DNA from: Scyliorhinus canicula
Taxonomy: Eukaryota
Assembly: GCF_902713615.1 (NCBI RefSeq)
Contig: NW_024056011.1
Location: 62,001 to 126,000, forward strand
DNA length: 64,000 bases
Direction of reading: 5' to 3'
Below, piece after piece: positions 21,801 to 33,999 of this stretch. The position numbers and the translations under genes were made by a program. The notes beneath the pieces are model-generated. The model was not told the DNA's origin. It was given only the letters and a program-made list of their open reading frames with translations, and searched no databases. The stretch's first letter is position 1; the number at the start of each line of letters is the position of its first letter.

Positions 21801-24800
21801 TGCTGGCTGTGGGGGGCACTGGCAGTGCTGGCTGTGGGGTGAGCACTGGCAGTGCTGGCTGTGAGAGGAGCACTGGCTGTGCTGGCTGTGGGAGGAGCAC
21901 TGGTAGTGCTGGCTGTGGGCGGAGCATTGTCAGCGTTGGCTGTGGGCGGGGGGCACTGGCAGTGCTGGCTGTGGGGAGCACAGGCAGTGTTGGCTGTGGG
22001 GGAGAACTTGCACTGATGACTGTGGGGAGCACTGGCAGTGCTGCTGATGTGGGGAGCACTGGCAGTGCTGGCTGTGAGTGTGCACTGGCAGTGCTGGCTG
22101 TGGGAGGGCACTGACAATTCTGGCTGTGGGACGGCACTGGCAGTGCTGTCTGTGGGGGGAGCACTGGCAGAGCTGGCTGTGGGTGAGCACTGGCAGTGCT
22201 GGCTGTGGGGGGAGCATTGTCAGTGCTGGCTGTGGGGGGGGCACTGGCATTGCTGGCTGTGGGGGGAGCACTGGCAGTGCTAGCTGTGGGGGAGCACTGG
22301 CAGTGCTGGCTGTGGGAGAAGCACTGGTAGTGCTGGCTGTGGGGGGGGGGCACTGGCAATGCTGGCTCTGGGGGAGCACTGGCAGTGCTGGCTGCGGGCG
22401 GAGCACTGGCAGTGCTCGCTGTGGTGGGAGCACTGGCAGTGCTGGCTGTGGGGGAAGCACTTGCAATGCTGTCTGTGGGGGAGCACTGGCAATGCTGGCT
22501 GTGGTGGGGGCTCTTGCAGTGCTGGCTGTGGGGCACTGTCATTGCTGGCTGCGGGGGAGCACTAGCAGTGCTGGCTGTGGGGAGGGGGCACTCATGCTGG
22601 CTGTGGGTAGGGGCAGTGGACATTCTGGCTGTGGGGAGCACTGGCATGCTTGCTGTGGGTGAGCACTGGCAGTGCTGGCTGTGGGGGAGCACTGGCAGTT
22701 CTGGCTCTGGGGGAGGCACTGGCAGTGCTGGCTCTGGGGGAGGCACTGGCAGTGCTGGCTGTGGGGGGAATCACTGGCAGTGCTGGCTGTGGGCAGGCAC
22801 TGGCAGTGCTGGCTGTGGGGGAATCACTGGCACTGCAGGCTGTGGGGTGGGACTGGCAGTGCTGGCTTTGGGGGAGACTGGCAGTGCTGGCTGTGGGTGT
22901 GCACTGGCAGTGCTGGCTGAGGGAGGGCACTGACAGTTCTGGCTGTGGGAGGGCACTGACAGTGCTGCCTGTGGGGGGGAGCACTGGCAGAGCTGGCTGT
23001 GGGAGAAGCACTGGTAGTGCTGGCTGTGGGGGAGCATTGTCAGTGCTGGCTGTGGGGGGGGGGGCACTGGTATTGCTTGGCTGGGGTGGGGAGCACTGGC
23101 AGTGCTGGTTGTGGGGGGAGCACTGGCAGTGCCGGCTGTGGAGAGAGCACTGGCAGTGCTGGATGTGGTAGGTGAACTGGCAGTGCTGTCTGCGGCGGAA
23201 GCCCTGGTAGTGCTGGCTGTGGGAGGGCACTGGCAGTGCTGGCTGTGGGGGCAGCACTGGCAGTGCTGGTTGTGGGAGGAGCACTGGCTGTTCTGGCTGT
23301 GGGAGGAGCACTGGTAGTGCAGGCTGTGGGGGGGCACTGGCAGTGCTGGCTGTGGGGGGGCACTGGCAGTGCTGGCTGTGGGGTGAGCACTGGCAGTGCT
23401 GGCTGTGAGAGAGAACTGGCTGTGCTGGCTGTGGGAGGAGCACTGGTAGTGCTGGCTGTGGGCGGAGCATTGTCAGCGTTGGCTGTGGGCGGGGGCACTG
23501 GCAGTGCTGGCTGTGGGGGAGCACAGGAAGTGTTGGCTGTGGGGGAGAACTTGCAATGATGACTGTGGGGAGCACTGGCATTGCTGGATGTGCGGGAGCA
23601 CTGGCAGTGCAGGCTGTGGGTGGGGGCACTGGCAGTGATGGCTGTGGGGGGGCACTGGCAGTGATGGCTGTGGGGGGCACTGGCAGTGCTGGCTGTGGGG
23701 GGGCACTGGCAGTGATGGCTGTGGGGGGCTTTGGCAGTGCTGGCTGTGGGGGGGGTTCAGGCAGTGCTGGTTTTGTGGGGGAGCGCTGGCAATCCTGGCG
23801 TGGGGGAGCACTGGCATTGTTGGATGTGGTAGGTGCACTGGCAGTGCTGGCGGTGGGGGGGCACTGGCAAGCTGGCTGTGGGGGGCACTGGCAATGCTGG
23901 CTGTGGGGGAGCACTGGCAGTGCTGGCTGTGGGGTGGGGCACTGGCAGTGCTGTCTGTGGGTGGGTTCACTGGCAGTGCTGGCTGTGGGGTGGGCACTGG
24001 CAGTGCTGGCTGTGGGAGGGCACTGGCATGCTGACTGTGGGGGGAACACTGATAGTGCTGGCTGTGGGGGGAGCACTGGCATTGCTGACTGTAGGGGGGG
24101 CACTTGCAGTGCTGGCTCTGGGGAGCACTGGCAGTGCTGGCTGTGGGGATGGCACTGGCAGTGCAGGCTGTGGGGGAGCACTGGCAGTGCCGGCTGTGGG
24201 AGGGAGCACTGGCAGTGCTGGCTGTGTGCCGGGGGGGTGTACTGGCAGTGCTGGCTGTGGGGGAGCACTGGCAATGCTGGCTGTGGGGGAGGACTGGCAG
24301 TGCTGGCTGTGGGGGGAGCACTGGCAGTGATGACTGTGGGGAGGGGCACTGGCAGTGCTGGCTCTGGGGAGCACTGGCAGTGCTGGCTGTGGGATGGCAC
24401 TGGCAGTGCAGGCTGTGGGGAGCACTGGCAGTGCTGGCTGTGTGAGGGGAGCACTGGCAGTGCTGGCTGTGTGGGGGTGTACTGGCAGTGCTGGCTGTGG
24501 GGGGCACTGGCAATGCTGGCTGTGGGGGACTGGCAGTGCTGGCTGTGGGGGAGCACTGGCAGTGATGGCTGTGGGGAGGGGGCACTCAGTGCTGGCTGTG
24601 GGAAGGGGCAGTGGACATTCTGGCTGTGGGGAGCACTGGCAGTGCTTGTTGTGGGTGGCACTGGCAGTGCCGGCTTTGTGTGATCACTGGCAGTGCTGGC
24701 TGTGGGGGGCACTGGCAATGCTGGCTCTGGGGAGCCCTGGCAGTGCTGACTGTGGGGGGAGCACTGGCAGTGCTGGCTGTGGGGAAGCACTGGCAGTGCT

Positions 24801-27800
24801 GGCTCTGGGGGAGCACTGGAAGTGCTGGCTGTGGGGGAGCACTGGCAATGCTGGCTCTGGGGGAGCCCTGGCAGTGCTGACTGTGGGGGGAGCACTGGCA
24901 GTGCTGGCTGTGGGGAAGCACTGGCAGTGCTGGCTCTGGGGGAGGCAGTGGCAGTGCTGGCTGTGGCGGGATCACTGGAGGTGCTGGCTGTGGGAGGGCA
25001 CTGGCAATGCTGGCTGTGGGGGGAACCCTGGCAGAGCAGGCTGTGCGGTGGCTTGCAGTGTTGGCTGTGGGGGAGCACTGGCAGTTCTGACTGTGGGAGG
25101 GGGCACTCAGTGCTGGCTGTGGGGAGGGGCAGTGGACATTCTGGCTGTGGGAGCACTGGCAGTGCTTGCTGTGGGTGAGCACTGGCAGTCCTGGCTTTGT
25201 GTGTGCACTGGCAGTGCTGGCTGTGGGGGGAGCACTGGCAATGCTGGCTCTGGGGGAGCACTGGCAGTGCTGACTGTGCGGGTGCACTGACAGTGCTGGC
25301 TGTGTGGGGGAGCACTGGCAGTTCTGGCTCTGGGGGAGGCACTGGCAGTGCTGGCTCTGGGGGAGGCACTGGCAGTGCTGGCTGTGGCCAGGCACTGGCA
25401 GTGCTGGCTGTGGGGGGAATCACTGGCACTGCAGCCTGTGGGGGGGAGCACTGGCAGAGCTGGCTGTGGGAGAATCACTGGTAGTGCTGGCTGTGGGGGG
25501 AGCATTGTCAGTGCTGGCTGTGGGGGGGGGGCACTGGCATTGCTGGCTGTGGGGGGGGAGCACTGGCAGTGCTAGCTGTGGGGGGGAGCACTGGCAGTGC
25601 TGGTTGTGGGGAAGCACTGGTAGTGCTGGCTGTGGGGGGGGGCACTGGCAGTGCTGGCTCTGGGGGAGCACTGGCAGTGCTGGCTGTGGTGGAGCACTGG
25701 CATTGCTGGCTGTGGTGGAGCACTGGCAGTGCTGGCTGTGGGGGAAGCACTGGCAGTGCTGCCTTTGGGGGCACTGGCAGTGCTGGCTGTGGTGGGGGCT
25801 CTTGCAGTGCTGGCTGTGGGGAGCACTGTCATTGCTGGCTGCGGGGGAGCACTAGCAGTGCTGGCTGTGGGGAGGGGGCACCCAGTGCTGGCTGTGGGGA
25901 GGGGCAGTGGACATTCTGGCTGTGGGGAGCACTGGCAGTGCTTTCTGTGGGTGAGCACTGGCAGTTGCTGGCTTGTGTGAGCACTGGCAGTGCTGGCTGT
26001 GGGGGAACACGGCAATGCTGGCTCTGGGGGAGCCCTGGCAGTGCTGACTGTGCGGGGTGTACTGACAGTGCTGGCTGTGGGGAGCACTGGCAGTTCTGGC
26101 TCTGGGGGAGGCACTGGCAGTGCTGGCTGTGGCCAGGCACTGGCAGTGCTGGCTGTGGGGGGAATCACTGGCACTGCAGCCTGTGGCGGGAGCACTGGCA
26201 GAGCTGGCTGCGGGAGAATCACTGGTAGTGCTGGCTGTGGGGGAGCATTGTCAGTGCTGGCTGTGGGGGGGGGGGACACTGGCATTGCTGGCTGTGTGGG
26301 GGAGCACTGGCAGTGCTAGCTGTGGGCGGAGCACTGGCAATGCTGGCTGTGGGAGCACTGGTAGTGCTGGCTGTGGGGGGGGGGGGGCACTGGCAATGCT
26401 GGCTCTGGGGGAGCACTTTCAGTGCTGGCTGTGGTGGGCACTGGCAGTGCTGGCTGTGGGGGAAGCACTTGCAATGCTGTCTGTGGGGGAGCACTGGCAA
26501 TGCTGGCTGTGGTGGGGCTCTTGCAGTGCTGGCTGTGGGGAGCACTGTCATTGCTGGCTGCGGGGGAGCACTAGCATGCTGGCTGTGGGGGGGGGGCACC
26601 CAGTGCTGGCTGTGGGGAGGGGCAGTGGACATTCTGGCTGTGGGGAGCACTGGCAGTGCTTGCTGTGGGTGAGCACTGGCAGTGCTGGCTTTGTGTGAGC
26701 ACTGGCAGTGCTGGCTGTGGGGGGAGCACAGGCAATGCTGGCTCTGGGGGAGCCCTGGCAGTGCTGGCTGTGCGGGGTGCACTGACAGTGCTGGCTGTGG
26801 GGGAGCACTGGCAGTGCTGGCTCTGGGGAGGCACTGGCAGTGCTGGCTCTGGGGGAGGCACTGGCAGTGCTGGCTGTGGCCAGGCACTGGCAGTGCTGGC
26901 TGTGGGGGGAATCACTGGCACTGCAGGCTGTGGGGTGGGACTGGCAGTGCTGGCTTTGGGGTGAGACTGGCAGTGCTGGCTGTGGGTGTGCACTGGCAGT
27001 GCTGGCTGAGGGAGGGCACTGACAGTTCTGGCTGTGGGAGGGCACTGACAGTGCTGCCTGTGAGGGGGAGCACTGGCAGAGCTGGCTGTGGGGGAAGCAC
27101 TGGTATGCTGGCTGTGGGGGAGCATTGTCAGTGCTGGCTGTGGGGGGGCACTGGCATTGCTGGCTGTGGGGGGGAGCACTGGCAGTGCAGGCTGTGGGGG
27201 GAGCACTGGCAGTGCTGGCTGTGGGGGAGCACTGAAGTGCTGGCTGTGGGGGGGGGGGCACTGGCAATGCTGGATCTGGGGGAGCACTGGCAGTGCTGGC
27301 TGTGGGGGGAGCACTGGCAGTGCTGGCTGTGGGGGAAGCACTTGCAATGCTGTCTGTGGGGGAGCACTGGCAATGCTGGCTGTGGTGGGGGCTCTTGCAG
27401 TGCTGGCTGTGGGGAGCACTGTCATTGCTGGCTGCGGGGGAGCACTGGCAGTGCTGGCTGTGGGGAGGGGGCACCCAGTGCTGGCTGTGGGGAGGGCAGT
27501 GGACATTCTGGCTGTGGGGAGCACTGGCAGTGCTTGCTGTGGGTGAGCACTGGCAGTGCTGGCTTTGTGTGAGCACTGGCAGTGCTGGCTGTGGGGGGAG
27601 CACAGGCAATGCTGGCTCTGGGGGAGCCCTGGCAGTGCTGGCTGTGCGGGGTGCACTGACAGTACTGGCTGTGGGGGAGCACTGGCAGTTCTGGCTCTGG
27701 GGGAGGCACTGGCAGTGCTGGCTCTGGGGAGGCACTGGCAGTGCTGGCTGTGGCCAGGCACTGGCAGTGCTGGCTGTGGGAGCACTGGCAGTGCTGACTG

Positions 27801-30800
27801 TGGGGGAATCACTGGCACTGCAGGCTGTGGGTGGGACTGGCAGTGCTGGCTTTGGGGTGAGACTGGCAGTGCTGGCTGTGGGTGTGCACTGGCAGTTGCT
27901 GGCTGAGGGAGGGCACTGACAGTTCTGGCTGTGGGAGGGCACTGACAGTGCTGCCTGTGAGGGGGAGCACTGGCAGAGCTGGCTGTGGGAGAAGCACTGG
28001 TAGTGCTGGCTGTGGGTAGAGCATTGTCAGTGCTGGCTGTGGGGGGGGCACTGGCATTGCTGGCTGTGGGGGGGCACTGGCAGTGCAGGCTGTGGGGAAG
28101 CACTGGCAGTGCTGGCTGTGGGAGAAGCACTGGTAGTGCTGGCTGTGGGGGGGCACTGGCAATGCTGGCTCTGGGAGCACTGGCAGTGCTGGCTGCGGGC
28201 GGAGCACTGGCAGTGCTGGCTGTGGTGCGGGAGCACTGGCAGTGCTGGTTTGGGGAGGGGAGCACTGGCAGTGCTGGCTGTGGTGGTGGGCTCTTGCAGT
28301 GCTGGCTGTGGGGAGCACTGGCAGTGCTGGCTGCCTGGGAGCACTAGCAATGCTGGCTGTGGGGAGCACTGGTAGTGCTGGCTTTGTGGGGAGGGAGCAC
28401 TGGCAGTTCTGGCTGGTGGGGAGGGAGCACTGGCAGTGCTGCTTGTGGGGCACTGGCAATGCTGGATCTGGGGGAGCACTGGCAGCGCTGGTTGCGGGGG
28501 GAGCACTGGCAGTGATGGCTGAGGTGGTAGCACTGGCAGTGCTGGCTCAAGGGGGGAGCCCTGGCAGTGCTGGCTGTGACCGGGCACTGGCAGTGCTGGC
28601 TGTGGGTGGGGGGGAGGGCACTGGCAGTGCTGGCTGGGGAGGGAGCACTGGCAGTGTTGGCTGTGGTGGTAGCACATGCAGCGCTGGTTGGTGGGGGGGG
28701 GGCACTGGCAGTGCTGGCTGTGGGGGAGCACTGGCAGTGCAGGCTGTGTGTGGGAGCACTGGCAGTGCTGGCTGTGGGGGAGCACTGGCAGTGCTGGCTG
28801 TGGGTGGCACTGGCAGTGCTGGCTGTGGGGTGGGGAACTAACAGTGCTGGCTGTGGGAGGGCACTGGCAGTGCTGGCTGTGGGGGGAGCACTGGCGGTGC
28901 TGGCTGGGGGGGGAGCACTGGCAGTGCTGGCTGTGGGAGTGCACTGGCAGTGCTGGCTTTGAGGAGCACTGGCAGTGCTGGCTGTGGGGGGAGCACTGGC
29001 AATGCTGGCTGTGGGGGCACTGGCAGTGCTGGCTGTGGGGGTGGTCTTGCAGTGCTGGCTGTGTGGAGCACCGTCATTGCTGGACGTGGGGAGCACTGGC
29101 AGTGCTGGCTGTGGGGGAGCACTGGCAGTACTGGCTGTGGGGGAGCACTAGCAGTGCTGGCTGTGGGAGGAGCACTGGCAGTTCTGGCTGTGGAGAGGGA
29201 GCACTGGCAGTGCTGCTTGTGTGGGAGCACTGGCAACGCTGGCTCTGGGGGAGCACAGGCAGTGCTGGCTGTGGGGGGAGCACTTGCAATGCCGTTTGTG
29301 GGGGAGCACTGGCAATGCTGGCTGCGGGGGAGCACTGGCATTACTGGCTGTGGGGAGGGCACTGGCAGTGCTGGCTCTGGGAGGCACTGGCAGTGCTGGC
29401 TGTTGACAGGGCACTGGCAGTGCTGGCTGGGGAGGGCACTAGCAGTGCTGGCTGTGGGGGAATCACTGGCACTGCAGGCTGTGGGTGGGACTGGCAGTGC
29501 TGGCTTTGGGGTGAGACTGGCAGTGCTGGCTGTGGTGTGCACTGGCAGTGCTGGCTGAGGGAGGGCACTGACAGTTCTGGCTGTGGGAGGGCACTGACAG
29601 TGCTGCCTGTGAGGGGGAGCACTGGCAGAGCTGGCTGTGGTAGAAGCACTGGTAGTGCTGGCTGTGGGGGGAGCATTGTCAGTGCTGGCTGTGGGGGGGG
29701 GGGCACTGGCATTGCTGGCTGTGGGGGGGAGCACTGGCAGTGCAGGCTGTGGGGGAAGCACTGGCAGTGCTGGCTGTGGGAGAAGCACTGGTAGTGCTGG
29801 CTGTGGGGGGGGGCACTGGCAATGCTGGCTCTGGGGAGCACTGGCAGTGCTGGCTGTGGTGGGAGCACTGGCAGTGCTGGCTGTGGGGGAAGCACTGGCA
29901 GTGCTGTCTGTGGGGAGCACTGGCAGTGCTGGCTGTGGTGGGGCTCTTGCAGTGCTGGCTGTGGGGAGCACTGTCATTGCTGGCTGCGGGGGAGCACTAG
30001 CAGTGCTGGCTGTGTGGAGGGGGCACCCAGTGCTGGCTGTGGGGAGGGGCAGTGGACATTCTGGCTGTGGGAGCACTGGCAGTGCTTGCTGTGGGTGAGC
30101 ACTGGCAGTGATGGCTTTGTGTGAGCACTGGCAGTGCTGGCTGTGGGGGAGCACAGGCATGCTGGCTCTGGGGGAGCCCTGGCAGTGCTGACTGTGCGGG
30201 GTGCACTGACAGTGCTGGCTGTGGGGGAGCACTGGCAGTTCTGGCTGTGGGAGGGCACTGGCATGCTGGCTCTGAGAGGAGCACTGGCAGTGCTGGCTGT
30301 GGCCAGGCCTGGCAGTGCTGGCTGTGGCCAGGCACTGGCAGTGCTGGCTGTGGGGGAATCACTGGCACTGCAGGCTGTAGGGTGGGACTGGCAGTGCTGG
30401 CTTTGGGGTGAAACTGGCAGTGCTGGCTGTGGGTGTGCACTGGCAGTGCTGGCTGAGGGAGGGCACTGACAGTTCTGGCTGTGGGAGGGCACTGACAGTG
30501 CTGCCTGTGAGGGGAGCACTGGCAGAGCTGGCTGTGGAGAAGCACTGGTAGTGCTGGCTGTGGGGAGCACTGGCAGTGCTGGCTGTGGGGCGGGGCACTG
30601 TCAGTGCTGGCTGTGGGGGGGCACTGGCAGTGCAGGCTGTGGGGGAAGCACTGGCAGTGCTGGCTGTGGGAGGAGCACTGGTAGTGCTGGCTGTGGGGGG
30701 GCACTGGCAATGCTGGCTGTGGGGGAGCACTGGCAGTGCTGGCTGCGGGCGGAGCACTGGCAGTGCTCGCTGTGGTGGGAGCACTGGCAGTGCTGGCTGT

Positions 30801-32724
30801 GGGGGAAGCACTTGCAATGCTGTCTGTGGGGGAGCACTGGCAATGCTGGCTGTGGTGGGGGCTCTTGCAGTGCTGGCTGTGGGGAGCACTGTCATTGCTG
30901 GCTGCCTGGGAGCACTAGCAATGCTGGCTGTGGTGGCTGGCAGTGCTGGTTGTGGGGAGGGAGCACTGGCAGTGCTGGGTGTGGGGAGGGAGCACTGGCA
31001 GTGCTGCCTGTGTTGGGAGACTGGCAGTGCTGGCTGTGGGGGGAGCACTGGCAGTGCTGTTAGTGGGGGAGCACTGGCACTGTTGGCTGAGGTGGGAGCA
31101 CTGGCAGTGCTGGCTCAAGGGGGAGCCCTGGCAGTGCTGGCTGTGACCGGGCACTGGCAGTGCTGGCTGTGGGTGGGGGGAGGGCACTGGCAGTGCTGGC
31201 TGGGAGGGAGCACTGGCAGTGTTGGCTGTGGTGGTAGCACATGCAGCGCTGGCTGGTGGGGGGGGGCACTGGCAGTGCTGGCTGTGGGGGAGCACTGGCA
31301 GTGCTGGCTGTGTGGGGGAGCACTGGCAGTGCTGGCTGTGGGGGGAGCACTGGCAGTGCTGGCTGTGGGGGGCACTGGCAGTGCTGGCTGTGGGGTTGGG
31401 ACACTAACAGTGCTGGCTGTGGGAGGGCACTGGCAGTGCTGGCTGTGGGGGAGCTCTGGCAGTGCTGGCTGTGGGGGAACACTGGCAGTGCTGGCTGTGG
31501 GAGTGCACTGGCAGTGCTGGCTGGGTGGGACACTGGCAGTGCTGGCTGTGGGGGAGCACTGGCAGGGCTGGCTGTGGGGAGCACTGGTAGTGCTGGCTGT
31601 GGGGGGTGGTCTTGCAGTGCTGGCTGTGTGGAGCACCGTCATTGCTGGACGTGGGGAGCACTGGCAGTGCTGGCTGTGGGGGAGCACTAGCAGTACTGGC
31701 TGTGGGGGAGCACTAGCAGTGCTGGCTGTGGGGAGGGAGCACTGGCAGTTCTGGCTGTTGAGAGGGAGCACTGGCAGTGCTGCTTGTGTGGGAGCACTGG
31801 CAACGCTGGCTCTGGGGGAGCACAGGCAGTGCTGGCTGCGGGGGGCACTGGCAGTGCTGGCTGTGGTGGGAGCACTGGCAGTGCTGGCTGTGGGGGGAGC
31901 ACTTGCAATGCCGTCTGTGGGAGCACTGGCAATGCTGGCTGCGGGGGAGCACTAGCAGTGCTGGCTGTGGGGGCACTAGCCATGCTGTCTGTGGGGGAGC
32001 ACTGGCAATGCTGGCTGTGGGTGGGGGCTCTTGCAGTGCTGGCTGTGGGGGAGCACTGTCGTTGCTGCTGCGTGGGAGCACTGGCAGTGCTGGCTGTGGG
32101 GGAGCACTGGCAGTGCTGGTTGTGGGGAGGGAGCACTGGCAGTGCTGGCTGTGGGGAGGGAGCACTGGCAGTGCTGCCTGTGTGGGGAGCACTGGCAGTG
32201 CTGGCTGTGGGGGGAGCACTGGCAGTGCTGGTTGCGGGGGGGGGAGCACTGGCAGTGGTGGATGTGGGGGGAGCACTGGCAGTGCTGGCTCAGGGGGAGC
32301 TCTGGCAGTGCTGGCTGTGACCGGCGGCACTGGCAGTGCTGGCTGTGGGGTGGGGTGGGGGGGGGGGAGGGCACTGGCAGTGCTGGCTGGGGGGAGGGAG
32401 CACTGGCAGTGCTGGCAGTGGGGGTGCCCTGGCAGTGCTGGGTGGGGTGCCCTGGCAGTGCTGGCTGTGGGAGGGGCACTGGCAGTGCTGGCTGCGGTGG
32501 GGGGAGCACTGGCAGGGTTGGCAGTGGGGCGAGCACTGTCAGTGCTCGCTGCCGGGGGTACTGGCAGTGCTGGCTGGGGGAGGGAGTACTGGCAGTGCTG
32601 GCAGTGGGGGTGGGGGGTGGGTGCCCTGGTAGTGCTGGCTGTGGGAGGGCACTGGCAGTGCTGACTGTGGGAGGGCACTGACAGTGATGGCTGTGATGGT
32701 GGCACTGGCAGTGCTGGCTGTGAA
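18862..32724. repeat. 13.9-kb G-rich satellite, unit about 26-30 bp (GGGAGCACTGGCAGTGCTGGCTGTGGG)
   Basis: Hundreds of tandem units with variable G-run length and recurring variant blocks. Confidence 0.99.
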
Positions 32725-33142
32725 TGTAGCCATCTAAGATGGACACCAGTCTACAAAATGGAGAACCGCAAAGAATACAGGGAAAAACAGCCATAGTAAG
32801 GACACACAGCTTGTAGAAGCATTTAGCATTTAGCACGTACAAAAACCGGTTTCAAGGCAGTTGCAGAAACCCAGCCAAAGGTGCAAATAGGAAAACGATC
32901 TGCATACTAATGAGATGATACCGGCCCAGTCCCAGATACAATAGAAACATTTTAAGTATCAATCGATACTTTTCTATAGCTACCCAGCCAGGATGGCGCC
33001 AGCAAAACCAGAACAATGAGCCCTAGGAACCGCCCCAGCCATCGAGAAACGACCCCAGGATAGGGGAGTTCAAAACGTATCGATCGGGAAAGACCCAATC
33101 GATGAGGGAACCGCCCCAAGAGGGCCTGGACCTCCTGGGACC

Positions 33143-33149
33143 TATAAAA
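33143..33149 (+). promoter_or_regulatory. LTR TATA box
   Basis: TATAAAA inside the LTR, upstream of the poly(A) signal. Confidence 0.65.
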
Positions 33150-33491
33150 AGAAGGTCCCGCACATGAATCGGTCTGTTGCACCTTGACTCCAGCCTAGGT
33201 CTCTTGCATCCTGACTCCAGCCTACGAATCCAGCATCCAGACTCCAGTCTTTACCCCGGCCGTCGAGCATCAGCCATCGACTAATAAGTGCCAAAGCAAC
33301 GATCACTACGTGACCCAGGCATTGCTTGTACTCTTGCCGACTTTTAATACCCAGAAGTTGCAGACCAAGAACGGGACAAAGGCCTTGTTCCTGACCTTGC
33401 CTGTTCCTTTCTAGATAAGTATTTAGTTGTTTTAATAGTAGAAGTAAGTTGGTCTTTTAGCGTGTGCATGAGTATTTATTATATTTGTTAT

Positions 33492-33497
33492 AATAAA
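33492..33497 (+). terminator. LTR polyadenylation signal
   Basis: AATAAA 343 nt downstream of the end of the TATA box. Confidence 0.6.
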
Positions 33498-33694
33498 CAC
33501 TAAGTGTTTGGACTTACTAATCGGTGTATAGATTTATTGCTTTGAACTTGACCTTGATAACTTGTGACGGTGTCTCTTACGGCACCTGGCGACTCCAGAG
33601 CATAGATACAGATACAGAGCCAAGCCAGTGTTAAGCATATGTCCTTTATTGGAGGCGTGTTAATCATACTAACAGTAAAATGAGCAACATTTAG

Positions 33695-33712
33695 TGGCGA
33701 CTCCGCCGGGAC
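33695..33712 (+). promoter_or_regulatory. Primer-binding site, tRNA-Arg(UCU)
   Basis: TGGCGACTCCGCCGGGAC is the reverse complement of GTCCCGGCGGAGTCGCCA, the 3' end I recall for a vertebrate tRNA-Arg(TCT). Confidence 0.85.
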
Positions 33713-33999
33713 GCGGTTAGATGTGGCACCCCCACTCCGTGAGAACCCCAGAAATTTGAATTAGAAATCTGATTGGAAAAAAGGAAAAATCACAAGTGGT
33801 CAATGTGTTCAAACCAATAACGATAATTCGGAAGTGTGTTTTGTGCATGCGTACTAACAGGGTTGTAAGGTTAACCTGAGAGCTTTTTGTTGCGACGAAC
33901 TGTCGGGAGTTTTGTAAGCTGAACAGAGCAAAAGCCTTACCCGTCTTTTAAAACATTACCTCAACACCCCCTGTTCCAAATTTAAGTAATAAAGAGAAA

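Larger units (their letters stand above)
32725..33689 (+). mobile_element. 5' LTR (about 965 bp)
   Basis: Starts TGT exactly where the satellite ends and ends ACA 5 nt before the PBS; contains TATAAAA and AATAAA. No partner LTR to confirm the ends. Confidence 0.8.

Noticed and set aside
18862-32724. CRISPR-like array (palindromic repeat of about 28 bp)
   Set aside because: There are no unique spacers or cas genes, and the context is vertebrate.
18862-32724. Cryptic RSS heptamers (CACAGCC on the minus strand of each unit)
   Set aside because: No nonamer-like A-tract at 12 or 23 nt.
18768-32842. Dozens of long ORFs (up to 945 aa) reading GHWQCWLW, GSTGSAGC or PQPALPVL
   Set aside because: The satellite unit lacks stop codons in most frames; ORFs overlap on both strands and shift with G-run length.
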